DNA from: Octopus vulgaris | Lineage: Eukaryota | Reading direction: 5' to 3' | DNA length: 64,000 nt | NCBI GenBank assembly: GCA_951406725.2 | Contig: OX597814.1 | Coordinates: 60,264,001-60,328,000 of the forward strand | Shown here: piece by piece, positions 27,201 through 40,499 of the stretch | Numbering within the stretch: the first letter of the stretch is position 1 | Layout of the letters: each line of letters opens with the position of its first letter | Program-made: the position numbers and the translations under genes | The notes under the pieces: model-generated | What the model was told of the DNA's origin: nothing | Databases searched by the model: none | Seen by the model: only the letters and a program-made list of their open reading frames with translations

Positions 27201-28069
27201 CTGCATTATACACTCACACACTCACACAAACATATATATATATATACACACACACATTCATATATAGCTATATATACCTATACATCAAGATAGATATATG
27301 CTTTTACATATACACGTATACACGTAACTTACTTGACAGATGTGTGTACACGTTTTGTGTGCGCGTGCAGTGGGTGTGAGTTGCTTCGATGTTTGTATGG
27401 TTGCGTATTTCCACGTATTTATGATTGTGATGTGTATTTATAGATGCATGTATGTTGGTGGAACTGTGCTTGATTTTAAATTTACATATGATAATATGTA
27501 ACTGTGGTTATGTGATAGATTATTCTTGTATGTAACATATGTCTCAACATACATTGTAGCAACGAATGCTAGCAATATTCTTTCGTACATATGGATGTAA
27601 ATGCGGTGCTGTTCAGAAAGTACATTTACAGCGAAACATGTGGTCTATACCACTGTACAGGTGCTTTGGTAAGCCTCGTCTCTCCCTGGGATTTACTAAT
27701 GCCTTCAACTTGAAATATGTATATATACAAGTCAAGGTAGAGAATGCTAAGATAATTTTATAAAAATCATTTCAGTACTGGTTTCAGTCATTTTCAACTG
27801 TAAGAAAACAATTAAATTTTGGAAAAATTTAAGAAAAGTTGTTTTTTTTAAGAATATTTGCATATTGTTCAAATACAAGTGGCATTTTCCTTGTTTCTGC
27901 CTGATATAAAATATATCTGTGTCTGCGTGTGTCGAAAAAAGGGTTATTATTTTGAAGTATATTTGAGAATACCTGCTGAGCTTGTACTGTTGGTTTAACT
28001 CTCTACTGACAGTAGAGTCAAATTTATGAAGTTCCAGTGGCAGAGACTTAATTAATCTCTGTGTGTGCG

Positions 28070-28099
<30 letters not shown>

Positions 28100-28107
<8 letters not shown>

Positions 28108-28380
28108 TGAACCCTGCTGTACTCCTTCACCACAACCTTCTCTCTCTCTTTCTTCTTGTTTCTGTTGTACCTGTATTTCAAAGGGGTCAGCCTTGTCACA
28201 CTCTGTGTCACGCTGAATCTCCCCGAGAACTACGTTAAGGGTAGACATGTCTGTGAAGTACTCAACCACTTGCATGTTAATAAATGAGCCGCGACGTCAC
28301 TGGTGCCAAGCTGTATCGGCCTTTGCTTTTCCCTCGGATAACATCAGTGGCGTGGAAAGGGGAGGCTGGTATGCGCCTAT
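28100..28380 (-). mobile_element. Interspersed SINE-like repeat, family unassigned
   Basis: GC-richer block ending in (CA)n; shares motifs with 8398-8525 and 9393-9520. Confidence 0.45.
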
Positions 28381-28449
28381 GTCTATGTATAAAAATGCAT
28401 ATATATATATTACGGAGTGATTTGATCTGAGATCGTGTGCTGGAACGAA

Positions 28450-28544
28450 AACAATTGCAGCGTGGAAGGTGTTTGTAAGCCATTTAAGAAACACAAAAGG
28501 TGTTTCTTAAATGGCTTACAAACACCTTCCACGCTGCAATTGTT
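28450..28544. repeat. Perfect 45-bp inverted repeat with 5-nt loop
   Basis: 28450-28494 is the exact reverse complement of 28500-28544; loop AAAAG. Confidence 0.95.
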
Positions 28545-28561
28545 ATATATATATATATACC

Positions 28562-29066
28562 ACTAATATAGGATAACATTTTTTCAGAAAAAAATTTCAT
28601 CAAAAGTGGCAGCATATTAAAATACCTATAAAGGTTAAAATTATAAACAACTTATAAACAAGGGCAAAAGAAAAATGGCTATGCCAATATGCTGAGAACA
28701 GACTTTAAATCGTCAATTTCCACATTTCATTATACATTCATTATAAATACACATCGTGCTGAAATCGAGGAAAGCTAGCCAACAGAATTTCTTTAAAATG
28801 TTCCTTATTCCTATATTGAATCAATTTCGGGATTAATCCCATGGATTCTTCCCTCTTCAGTAGAAAATACGATAAGAAATAAATGAAATACTTACACACA
28901 CCCATGGAAAAAAGCATAAGCAAGAGTCATGAGTACATATAAGTACCCAGTTATATCTAAAAGTAAAATCCTTTAGCCAATACTTACACACACCCTTTAT
29001 AGGTATTTTAATATGCTGCCACTTTTGATAAAAATTTTTTCTGAAAATATTTCATCCTATATTAGT
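28562..29066 (-). mobile_element. Inverted-arm element containing an HHR, probably a PLE pLTR derivative
   Basis: Arms 28562-28634 and 28994-29066; adjoins (TA)n. Confidence 0.7.
28808..28866 (-). ncRNA. Type-I hammerhead ribozyme
   Basis: TTTCTA-CTGAAGA-GGGA-AG-AATCC-ATG-GGATT-AA-TCCC-GAAA-TTG-ATT-CAA-TA-TAGGAA; canonical CUGANGA/GAAA core, AUA triplet. Confidence 0.78.
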
Positions 29067-31310
29067 AGTAGATTTATTACTATTCCCTTAGGGACTGGTA
29101 ACCACTATAAGTTGTGGTTCAGAATAGTTCACACGTATGTATCTTATGGGTGTGTATCGGTGTTAGAAGGTAAAAATGATAAATCAGTGCGTTGAAAATT
29201 CCTGGGAATATTAAGTTTCGTTTTTTCTATTATTTCCCATTACGCTCACTTCATCTCACCTTTGGCCGCCCTCCAATGTCTTTGACATAAGTAGGAGACA
29301 ATGTACTGAGTTTATGTGGTCGAATGAAAAAACTCTTGGTACCCTAGTATGGCTGTATCTAACATGTGAAAACAGTAAGAAAAAATAACATGATATGAAT
29401 TTGCTCTGCTTGTATTTCTCAAGTGTACATTTATCAGAATACTCTATAACTGTATCCGCACATACATGTATGTATGTGTCTGCTATTATATTCGATTCCG
29501 TGTGTGTGTGTGTTTGTATGCGTATGCGAGAGAGTGCATGTGAATATGTCGTATACTGTATATATCTATAACAAAATCTATATGTTTGTTATTGAATATA
29601 TTGACATCTAATGAAAACTGAAAAACTTAAGACCAATGCGTTATTATACTAAACATGATAATATTATTTTTCTTAACTTTGGCACCGTTACACAAGTCTT
29701 TAGTTCGTACGTTTGCGATCACAACATTGTAAAATGCCATACTGACTTCTGTGGTACCTGAGCGAATGCATTAAAATGCGTAATTGACTGACGAACTTCT
29801 GATATAATACAGACATTTTCGTTTCAATCACCCAACGACAAAGGTTAATGATATTGGTAATTCAGTCATGCCCCCGGATCAGTTGACGAACAAAATTATT
29901 TAGTCCAAAAGTATTCAATTTATGTAACTTTTCCAACCATCGTAGCTTTGCGCTTCCAATTTCGGTTTATATCGGCAATTCGTTTCTTTTTTTTTTTTTT
30001 TTTTGCACACTTTACAAAAGATATATTACAAAAAGCAGTGTTATGAGGGAAACTATGTTTCTATCAGGAGAAAGCGAAAGCAAACAACTCTAATCAAATG
30101 TACCAGAAATTTAAACTCAAGTAAACAATGAAATATCCAGCTTCTATATTTATAAGAAAACAAATAGATAAAACTCTGGGTTTGTTTGTGTTTACATGAA
30201 AAACTGGCAAATCACATTCTTCCAATTGTTTCGCTTAGTTTTTGTTTTTATATACTTTGCAATTGCATCATATTTATTTTACACAGAAAAGCACCTTTAC
30301 TTTGCAGTTTATGCTGAAATTTAAGTCATTGAAAGTCGACATGCAAAGATAACTTAGAGCCCAACCTGTGCAGGAATAATCAGAATACCATACATAACAA
30401 AGTTATAGCATTGTTTACTGTAAGTTAATTTATGTTCATGATCAATTTTAAAAGTATATATTTTGTGTTTGTAACCAATGAAGCTGAAGTTTCACTCTTT
30501 TCTCATTATTTTGCTGATGTTACAGAAGCACCGGCAATCGCTACAACGATCTGGCTTTGGTACTTGCTTGCTGTGTAGTAATGCATGATTTCATGTAAAG
30601 AAAATCGATTCGCAACATGGCAGTTTCAGTGACAAACTCACTTTCTTTACAATGGAATAAAAACGTTTCAGCAAAGTCGACAAATTATTCCACACTCTTA
30701 CTATGAAATATGAAATTGTTATTGGCTTAAGGAGAGTCAGTATTACGTAAAAATTAGACGAAATAGGACAGCTTTTACTGGTCTATTTCGTTAAAACCAT
30801 GTTAACCGACATCTTGGTCTTCGACTATTTAATTCGGTAAACACGATTAGTTAATTGCATTATCGGATCATAGAGAACGGGCTATTTATTAGCTTGAATA
30901 TATAACCTGAATATCCAACATCGTGATATTGGAAAGCAGAAACATAAGAAAATTTTCTTCTTTAGTGTGTTTGTTTGTGTGTGTTTGTTTGTGTGTGTTT
31001 GTTTGTGTGTGTATGTGTGTTTTTTTGCGGGGGCAGAGTCTTAACATGTCGTTCATATCAATATGAATTATCAGTTTTAAGATAAATTTAATTTTTCATG
31101 AAGTAAGCTATACCCATATTTGTTGCATGAAACAACAGCTTGAAATTGGATATATACCGACATATATACACACATACACACACACGTACATAAACACGCA
31201 CATTTATATATATATAACAGAGAATAAAAGAAAGAAACAAAGAAACAAAGAAACAAAGAAACAAAGAACAAAAAGGGAGGTGTGCATGTAAAAATATATT
31301 AGACCCAACT

Positions 31311-31527
31311 TACGATGGGTGCTGAAAAATTCCTGGCTTTGAGTAAAAGAAAAATACAGGAGGATCAATTAATTATGATTTTAATCAATGCATTCCCTTC
31401 TCAGATTCACTTACTTATTGCAGTGGTCTTTCATTTTTTCCTAAGCCCTGTAAAAGAACTCGGAAGTTTAGGCCTCTAACCAGGCCTTTCGCGATACCCT
31501 TAAAGCCAGGAACTTTTCAGCACCCCC
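31311..31527. mobile_element. Mariner-derived MITE
   Basis: TIR GGGTGCTGAAAAATTCCTGGCTTT / AAAGCCAGGAACTTTTCAGCACCC; starts TACG; related inverted copy at 42482-42669. Confidence 0.8.
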
Positions 31528-32315
31528 ATTCCTCGAACATCTATAGTTATTGAATTCTCACAAATACTTTGTATGATTCATATTGTCCACAGAAATACTT
31601 CGAAAATATGATACTATATTAAGAATGCCCTAATTTTTCTTTACATTGAACATTTTCTACATAACATTTACATTTTTTTTTAAATTTTTGTATCGATATT
31701 TTCTAATTTTTTTTAAAGGCTCCGTTTCAAAAACGTTTTTAAAATATCCACTATTAATTTTTTTAATCCTTAAAAATATAATAGGATGACGCTCAACTTC
31801 AAAGACTTTAGTTTCTAATCTTAGAATTCTCAACAGAAAAGCAAAGAACATGATTAATGTTATTCGTTATTTTCAAAAGTCATTTATTATTTTAATGCCC
31901 GTGTTAATTAAATGATGCTAAAAATTCTTTTTTTCCTTCACATGAGAGAGAGGAAGAGACAGGAAGAGACAGTGTGTATATGTGCGTTTGTGTGTGCATC
32001 TGTGTATGCAAGTCTGTGCTCGACTGCGTTTGTGTGCGCGTGTATTGAGTGAGATGATCGTTTTGAAAAAAATAAATAAATAAAGGGGAAAAATAGGACG
32101 GGCCATTCTGATGGCAAGCAGATGATGTAATGGTTATCAAAATAACTATTTAAAGAAGGAATCCTAAAGATCACTCGTGCTACATATAAAGAGATGCTTT
32201 AATCCTTTGCCAGAAACTAAATATGATGACACTTTGCCATACTCAAGGTTATTTCCTTACCAATACAAAATATTTTCAATTAACTTTTACCGGAAATGAA
32301 TAGCTTTGAACAAAA

Positions 32316-32317
<2 letters not shown>

Positions 32318-32412
<95 letters not shown>

Positions 32413-32480
32413 CACTATCTTCATCATCAGCAGCAGCATCATTATCATCATCATCATCAACATTGTTGTTGTTGTAGCTG
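32318..32480. repeat. (ATT)n/(CAT)n microsatellite
   Basis: Direct read. Confidence 0.95.
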
Positions 32481-32769
32481 TTGTTAAAAGGCTTGTATAT
32501 TATTACAATGAATACGTGTTTGCTGCCCTTGAGGCAAATAAAAGTAATGTTTATCAGCAATAATATCATCATCATTTTGTTGTTGTTGTCATCGTTGCCG
32601 TTGTAGTTGCTATTACTTCTGCTGCCGCTGCCGCTGCTGTTACATTGGATATTTTAGCTGCACAAACAACCACAAATCTGTTGCCGTTGGTACGTGCAAG
32701 TGTTTTCTGAATATTGTGTATGCATGCAAGTGTTGCTGTTATGATTATGTATCTGTCCATAACTTTTTG

Positions 32770-33750
32770 TTATCATTCTCGAGGTATCCATTATCAGGAG
32801 GATCGTTCCTGTTTTCCATTTCCACATTCGGGTTATCTCTATTTCTACATCTTAAACTTAAGTACCCCCACCATTTCTTTTAGAGATACATTAATGTCCC
32901 TTGGAAATGATATATCGATTAGAAGACATCTCTTTTCCTGTAAATCACTGGCAATAATATCTGAAAGGTTTCCTTTAATCTGTTTGTCTGTATGAAGTCC
33001 TTCATATCGTAGAGTTTAGTGACTTTTGTGAGATATGTTTGTACAAACATTATTTCTTTTTATGTAGGCATTTCCTGAATGTGTCATTGTTTCCAATGCA
33101 ATATATCTCCAAATTTATAATGCCACTCTATATATTGTGTTTTAGTCAAGACTGAGCAGCCAGAAGTTGTGGTAGTTTGTTTTACGATCCATACTTTGGT
33201 TAATTTTCATAATAGTTTTTTTTACCATCAATTAGAAATTGAAAAAACTTCGTAATAACTATATAAAAATTGAATTAATTTTATGTGAATTCCATACATC
33301 TCTTTCCTTGTAATTCCTTAACCTCAAATTCACATTTTTTAATCCCGTCTTATGTTGTGAAGGGACAATTATAACCCTTGTGTTAATTGCCATCACTAGA
33401 TGGAATTGCATATGTTTCATTTAAAGTTTGTTTTTGATAATTCCTGGAGGACTTGATTCAAAATTAAATACACTTCGGTCTTAGCTTTGATTCATTTGCT
33501 ACTCGGTTTTCTTTGTTTTTATTCAGTCTTGCAAGTTATTGACTCATCATGGTATTTACATGACAATTTTTACACCTATTTTTATTGACTCTTAATAATT
33601 TAAAAGTTCGTTCGGTCACTTTGTCCTTTCACAACAGTATGTTATTTTAGTTTCTCGTTTCAATTTTTGTTTATTTGTATGTTAGCTTAACTGATCACAG
33701 AAAACTGTCTTTTGTTTGCTTATGCTTCGTAGCTGCTTTTATTAATTTCT
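32770..33750 (-). pseudogene. Old R4/Dong-type RLE fragment
   Basis: LHTDKQIKGNLSDIIASDLQEKRCLLIDISFPRDINVSLK aligns by eye to HTDREIKANRPDIVVRD..LIDVSIP.D.NVSLK of the 13290 element. Confidence 0.65.
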
Positions 33751-35004
33751 AATTATTCTTTACTAAATATTCTAGTAGATTTGAAGTAGAGATTTATTTT
33801 ATAGTAGTTTTCTAAATGTAATCGAGGTAAGCTGGGTGGTGTTTCTAACACAGCTTGTACCTTCTTTTTTTCTTCCTTTTTATCTATTTTTGTTAATTCA
33901 TTTAGATTCTAGCTGAAAATATGTATACTACTTATTACTAGAACAGCTAGCGCATCGATACATAATTTTACTTATGGCCTATTTTAGCATTTATCACAAG
34001 TGCCAAATCTGTCTTTCGTCCAATGAAGACCGTACCTGCACCTTTCGGATCGTTAGACTGCACGCCACAAATTCATATACTATGCAATGCCAAAACCCGG
34101 AGACTTCGACATTTCAAATTAAATTACTGAGCGAGCTTCTGGCTGTACTGCGTTTTTTTTTATCTCAATAAGTAATGAAGTAATGTGCTTCACATCATAC
34201 TTATCTGGGGTAGTTCAGAATGTATCTAGAGCTACCATACTTGGTGTGTCCCTCTATATCTTTTACATTGTTCATACTACTAACCCGAAAATTCCCAACT
34301 TGATTCACTTGTATCTGAGGATTAGCAGAATAGAAAATAACACGGCGGTCTGTACCTGGAAAACTGAGCCACCCCTACAGTCTGTACGGCTTTAACATGA
34401 AAGACCACTATGAGTAGCACATGTCACAGTTGGAAGATAATTTTTTTCTATACATAGAGGACACTTAAGCGCTCAAGACAATTGAGCCATAGGAAAAATA
34501 GGAAACATAATGATGAGAAACAAAAGACTGGTTACCAATAAGCGTATAATAAAATATATTCCGTTATAAAAATTGTGTGCACAAAAAATACAATAAATAT
34601 ATATACATATATAAATACATTAAAAATGCATTAAAATATATAAATATATCAACACAAACACACTAAAAATTTATTAAGATTATACAAATATATAGTCTTA
34701 CCTACAATAAAAATGATATCACGAATATGCAAACAGAATGGGTGGAGTACAGCATTAGTGTAGAATGTGGAAGGTTATAGGTCCTTAAGGTCCGACGGCC
34801 GTTTCTGGAGGCATAGTGTTCCAAAGATACAATAGATTTTAAGGTCCATTAATTCATACCACTCCCTGCTTTTTCAGGGAAGTTTCCTACTGATAAATGT
34901 ACATTTGCTATGCTGATGTTATTGAATTCAAAGTTGACAGATTTTATAAAGCATTACACTTATTATTGTTGAGGTGAAAGTATTGGGTGTGATTTTTAGA
35001 GAGC

Positions 35005-35040
<36 letters not shown>

Positions 35041-35992
35041 AAATATTCCGGCGCTCCTCTTTGAGCTACAAGTTTTCGCCATAATTTAATCATTCTATGG
35101 TGCTAATCGATGTTTCATATTCTACAGTGCATAAGAACTTTCTTAGTTAATTCTTCGCACAATTGTGCAGATCCTGCAACGGTTATGAAACACCTAGTGT
35201 TTCATTACTTGTTTCTTTTCTCTTCACAGAATATATTTTACTTCACTTGATCTTCAATCATTTCTGTTATGCGTTTATCTAGAGCTCGATAAAAAAAATA
35301 TGTGGGGAGGGAGTTCAGCTGATTGCTTTGTTCAAGGAAATATTGTCACTTTTCATAATGACAAGCTTTTGTTTTTACTATGCTGGGTTTTTCTGTTGTT
35401 TTGTCCTACATTTTTCTATTTTTCATTTGCATTCTCTATCGCTGATTTTATTAAGGTTCGAGAAATATTTTTCTTTTATTTTCTATATACTTTTTAATGT
35501 TTTGCTCCATTTTATCTACTTGGATTTCAATGTTCCTATACTATCATAGTTGCTACATGATATTTAATTTATGCTGGTGATAATGATGTTGCATCAGTTT
35601 CCAGTAAGTCTACAATGGACAGTTTTCGCTTTTTCTTTGTTGTTTCCATTTTATCGTTCAGTTTTATCTTCGCAGGGTGCTTCTGTTGCTCTATAGAAAT
35701 ATATATCGATCTTAATTCTTTAACTGTTTCCATTTTTAGATGTTTTTCATAATAAAAATGTCTTCTCTTAAATCTTTCTCAAATGCTCACGTTTTCGTTG
35801 TAGCTGTTATTCTGTTTTAGATGGTGAGTATTAGGTAGGTGTGCTGATTTGATTCTGTGTTTTTCTATTTTTATTTTTATTATTTTTTTTTATTTGCTGT
35901 TCTAGGTCCATATTTATGACTTCTGTGGGGAAGAAAGAAAAATTATATTATACATCGCAGTAAACTGTTATTATTAATGATGTTGGTGGTTT

Positions 35993-36018
35993 CATCATCA
36001 TCATCATCATCGTCATCG

Positions 36019-36106
<88 letters not shown>

Positions 36107-36122
36107 CATCATCATTATCATT
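35993..36122. repeat. (CAT)n(TAT)n microsatellite
   Basis: Direct read. Confidence 0.95.
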
Positions 36123-36123
36123 A

Positions 36124-36317
36124 AGGCAATGAGCTGGCAGAATCGTTAGCACGCTGGACGAAATGCTTAGCGGTATTTCGCCCGTCGCTACGTCCTGGGT
36201 TCAAATTCTGCCGAGATCGATTTTGCCTTTCATCCTTTCGAGCTCGATAAATAAAGTAATCTAATCGACTGGCCCCACTCCCTCAAAATTTCAGGCCTTG
36301 TACCTATAGTAGAAATG

Positions 36318-36318
<1 letters not shown>
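36124..36318 (+). mobile_element. SINE family A copy with (ATT)n tail
   Basis: GAGCTGGCAGAATCGTTAGC..GGTTCAAATTC..TTTGCCTTTCATCCTTTCG. Confidence 0.85.
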
Positions 36319-36373
<55 letters not shown>

Positions 36374-36375
<2 letters not shown>

Positions 36376-37168
36376 GTTTGACTTTTGCCTTGTATTTGTA
36401 CAAGTTGACTGCAAGTCTCACCCAGAGACCTCAAAAGACAACAAGTTAGAAGTTCATGTTGGTGTTATGCCTGGGGTGGCATATATTTGGTTTTGCACAT
36501 AGCAAGTAATGTTGTATAGAATGTTTAACAAAACATAAGAAACTTTTGAAGAAAAGTTTGTTTTAAAATTTGAGATTACATTGACAGTATTTTACGTAGG
36601 ATATGGACAGTTCCCATGAACACTATCTTTTGAATTTCTGCTATTCTGGGGTTTCCTAGTATCTGAGCTAGGTAGGAATCAGCCCCTTTTACTATCATCC
36701 CTAAGGCACCTATGACAACAGGTATTGTTTTAGTCTTGAGGTTCCACATTTTGTTACTTTCTGTTTCAAGATTTATATACGTGCTCGTATTTTGGTAGGC
36801 CTTGACAGAAGCATTTATGTCCATTGGGAAAGTCATATCAATGAGGAGGCATGGTTTTTGTCTGAGGTTTTTCAATATAATGTCTAGCCTATTCGCATCT
36901 ATCTTTCTGTCAGTTTGACCGGTGAAGTTCCAAAGGAGTGCGATGTGATCATTTTCATGCACTGAAGGTTGTTTGTGTTCCCACCAGTTTTTATCATGGG
37001 GTAGTTCCAGTATTTTGCAAATTACTCAGTGAATATATTGTGCTGCTCTATCATGCCTGTTGAGATATTCTGTTGGCGCAAGAAGACTGCACGTGAAGAC
37101 AACATGATGAATGGTTTCATTTCCTTGTTTACATACACGACATGTTGGGCTACTGCCGTTCTTTAATA
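36374..37168 (-). mobile_element. R4/Dong-type LINE 3' fragment (CCHC + RLE + 3' UTR)
   Basis: TCRVCKQGNETIHHVVFTC..RHD; ORF 36576-36962 LLWNF..DRKIDANRLDI..LIDM..IPVVIGALG; ends in (TAA)n on its sense strand. Confidence 0.88.
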
Positions 37169-37280
37169 ATTTATTATTACTATCATTAGTATTTTTGTTG
37201 TTGTTATTCTTGTTCTTGTATAGCAGCTGCTGCTCCTACTGTTCTTGTTGCAGTCGTTGTTGTTGTTATTGCTCTTACGT

Positions 37281-37712
37281 CAGAATCGTTAGCACACTGG
37301 GAGTAGTGCTTAGCTGCATTTCGCCTATCTTTATGTTCTGAGTTCAAATTTCGCCGAGGTCGACTTCACCTTTTATTCTTTCGGGTTCGATAAATTAACT
37401 ACCAATGAAAATCTTGGGTCTATGTAATCGGATAGACCCCTCCCTATAAATTTCAGGCCTTTTGCTTATAGTAGGAAGGATTATTGTTGTTGTTGTTGTT
37501 ACGGAGGCGAGCTGGCAGAATGTTAGCACACCGGACGCAATACTTACTGAAATTTCGTCTGTCTTCACGTTCTTAATTCAAATTCCACCGAGGTTGACTT
37601 TGCCCTCCATTCCTTTGGGGACGATAATATAAGTACCAGCTGAGTACTGGGTTGTATATAATCCAGTGTCACTCTCACCAAACTTCAGGCTTTGTGCCTA
37701 TAGAAGAAAGGA
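37281..37712 (+). mobile_element. Two tandem SINE family A copies (37281-37481, 37504-37712)
   Basis: Each has a GGCAGAAT-type head, TTCAAATT B-box and the family body. Confidence 0.82.
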
Positions 37713-37721
37713 TTATCATCA

Positions 37722-37782
<61 letters not shown>

Positions 37783-37819
37783 CATTATTATTATTATTAT
37801 CATTGTTATTATTATTATT

Positions 37820-39680
37820 ATGGAGGAACTGAAGCAGCGCCTTGTTGCAAAGAAAGCAAAGATGGTAAGGTACGACCAAAGAATGAAGGGTTACCACCAA
37901 AATAGGCTATTCAGAGTAGATCAGAAGAAATTCTATAAAGAAATAAATGGAGAGTGTATAGAGGAAAAGTTGATACCAGATAACAATGAAAGTCAAAGAT
38001 TTTGACGTGACATCTGGAGCAAAGACAAGGAGCACAAGAAGGATGCTGAATGGTTGCAAGAACTGAAACAAACAGTAGTCTGTCTAAAACAGGCAGAACT
38101 AGTCATTTCAATTAGGGAAGTGAAGGAAATCAGCAAAATGATGAGCAACTAGAAGGCCACAAGACCAGATGGAATTCATGGCTACTAGATCAAAAAACTT
38201 GGTGAATGTCATGCACGAATAGCTTCAAAATTCAACATCTTGTTAAATGCCGACCGAGTAGTACCAGAGTGGTTGACAATGGGTAGGACATTGCTGTGAT
38301 CGAAAAACATTGTAAAAAACCTTACGGTAGACAATTACAGGCCGATATCCTGCTTAACACTTACGTAGAAATTATTGACTGGAAAGTCACAGAGTCAATG
38401 TACGGACATCTGGAAAAAATGGAGTCCTGCCACACGAGCAGAAGGGGTGCAGAGGTACCAAAATTCAACTCCTGGTAGACAAAACTGTACTTAGAGACCG
38501 CAGGAGGAGTAAAAATTAACTTAGCCATGTCATGGATCGATTATCGTAACGCATACGATATCATACCACATCCTTGGATCATGAAATGTATGAACCTATT
38601 TGGTATAGCATCGAATGTTGAGCGATTGCTTGGAAAAAGTATGGCGAAGTGGAGGACGGAACTGACAGTGTATGAAAGAAGCTTAGGGACAATAGAAACC
38701 ATCCTATCCTCACTCATCTTTGTACTGTGCATGATACCACTAACAATGATTCTGAGGAAAGCAAAAGCTGGGTATGTATTCAACAACCGCCAACAAAACG
38801 TCAACCATTTGTTTTACATCGATGATCTCAAACTTTATAGTAAAGATGAAGCCCAAGTCATTTCCCTCGTTGATACGGTGTATACTTTTAATGTTGATTT
38901 CAGAATGGAGTCCGGACTGAAAAAGTGTGGTGCGTTAGTCTTGAAGAGAGGCAAAAGTAAATGTATGGACTGGCTAACGATACCGTCGGGAGAGATTATG
39001 AAGCAAATAGAAGAGACGGGCTATAAATACTTGGGGATATTGAACATGGATAAATTGAGGGAGAAATAAATGACAGAAAAATTTAAGGTAGTGTACTTGC
39101 GCAGACTGAGATTGATCAATAAGTCGAACTTTAACGAACGGAATAAGATTGAAGCTATCAACACTTGGGCGGTTTCACTCCTTAGATATGGGGCAGGGAT
39201 AATCGCATGGACAGTAGACGAACTAAACATCTTAGACAGAAAGACAAGGAACTTGCTGACTAGATATGAGATACTCGATCCCAAAAGTGACAGACAGACT
39301 ATATGTAGCAAGAAAAAGAGGGGAAGGAGACTGATTGGATGCGAACACAGCATTAAATCAGGAGAAAACAACATAGCATAGTATGTAAAAAATACCACAG
39401 AACCGCTATTATTGGAAGTAAGAAGGTCAGGCTTGTGTAGGATGAAAGATTGCAAAGATAATGGACTGTACAGTACTTGAGAATGAATGAAACTGCAAAC
39501 AGATGGATAAAGAAAAGAAATCATGGACAATTTCATAGGGATGTTGAAGATAAGACTATCGCTAAAAATTTGAACAGACGGATATAGGAAATATGCATAA
39601 AACCCAGTTTAGTACAGATCCATAAAAAAGTATTATTAGGAGGGGTGTTGGCATCTAAGGTTACTTGTTGTAGCCCGATG
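37820..39680 (+). mobile_element. Distinct R4/Dong-type LINE lineage, decayed, with internal deletion
   Basis: EELKQRL..YHQNRLF..DQKKFY; MSWIDYRNAYDIIPH; HLFYIDDLKLY; YKYLGI; AINTWAVSLLRYGAG; jumps near 39560 to the C-terminal KKVLLG. Confidence 0.88.
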
Positions 39681-39682
39681 TA

Positions 39683-39975
39683 CAAGGCTGTGTAGGTTTT
39701 AGAACATTTATAAATAGAAGGTCTTACAGCTGTTTCTAGGATATTTATTATATCCCTTCAGCGGAGACGGTGTGAGAAGATGGTTACGCAATAGTTAATT
39801 TAGATAAGATACGAAGTAGAGAGTGAGGTGGAGGAATGAAAATAGATGTGATATGCAGGGATATTGTATTTGTAGATCCAGCTGTAAGACCATCTATTTA
39901 TTAATGTTTTATAAATGTTTATAAATGTTTTAAACTCTACACAGCCTTGGTTTCTTATCTCATTACGGAAAAAAA
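39683..39975 (-). mobile_element. Inverted-arm PLE-like terminal element
   Basis: Arms 39683-39732 and 39879-39949 are reverse complements; followed by (TA)n. Confidence 0.65.
39721..39768 (-). ncRNA. Hammerhead-like motif with variant core
   Basis: GTCT-CCGCTGA-AGGGATAT-AATAA-ATATCCT-A-GAAA-CAGCTG-TA-AGAC; palindromic stem III; core CCGCUGA. Confidence 0.55.
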
Positions 39976-40499
39976 GTATATATATATATATATATAGGTT
40001 TATGTGTAGACAAGATGTGTGGTCCCTCAATCAGAGCGGAACATATCGAAATGTGTACCATGTTCTTAAATTACAATGACGAGGCAGGAAAATGGACATA
40101 ATTGATATTCTACACGCCTGTCCATCAGAGTTATTGGTATTAACGTTGACCCAAGTCTGATTTTCGTTCTCTAGAGTAAATAATATGTTTTCAATTACCG
40201 AGGTCTACAGTATCGACTAAATCCCACTCCAAATATTATCATTATTATTATCATTACTACTACTACTACCACCACCACCACCACCACCACCACCACCATC
40301 ACCACCACCACCACCACCACCACCAACACCACCATCACCACCACTACTGCTACTACTTGGACTGTGGATTTGCAAAATTGCTAACGCATCGGGAAAATGC
40401 TTTGTGCTGTTGTCACACTCTCCCATAAATACCCTCACATCAGAACATTCAGAAAGAATAATCTTTGATGTCGCTAACGTTACACATTATTTTTCAAAC

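Noticed and set aside
29680-30900. Relatively repeat-free stretch that could hold an exon or enhancer
   Set aside because: No convincing ORF with splice sites; would need RNA-seq or conservation data
33960-35850. Possible GIY-YIG and Dong N-terminal remnants
   Set aside because: Resemblance too weak without an alignment search
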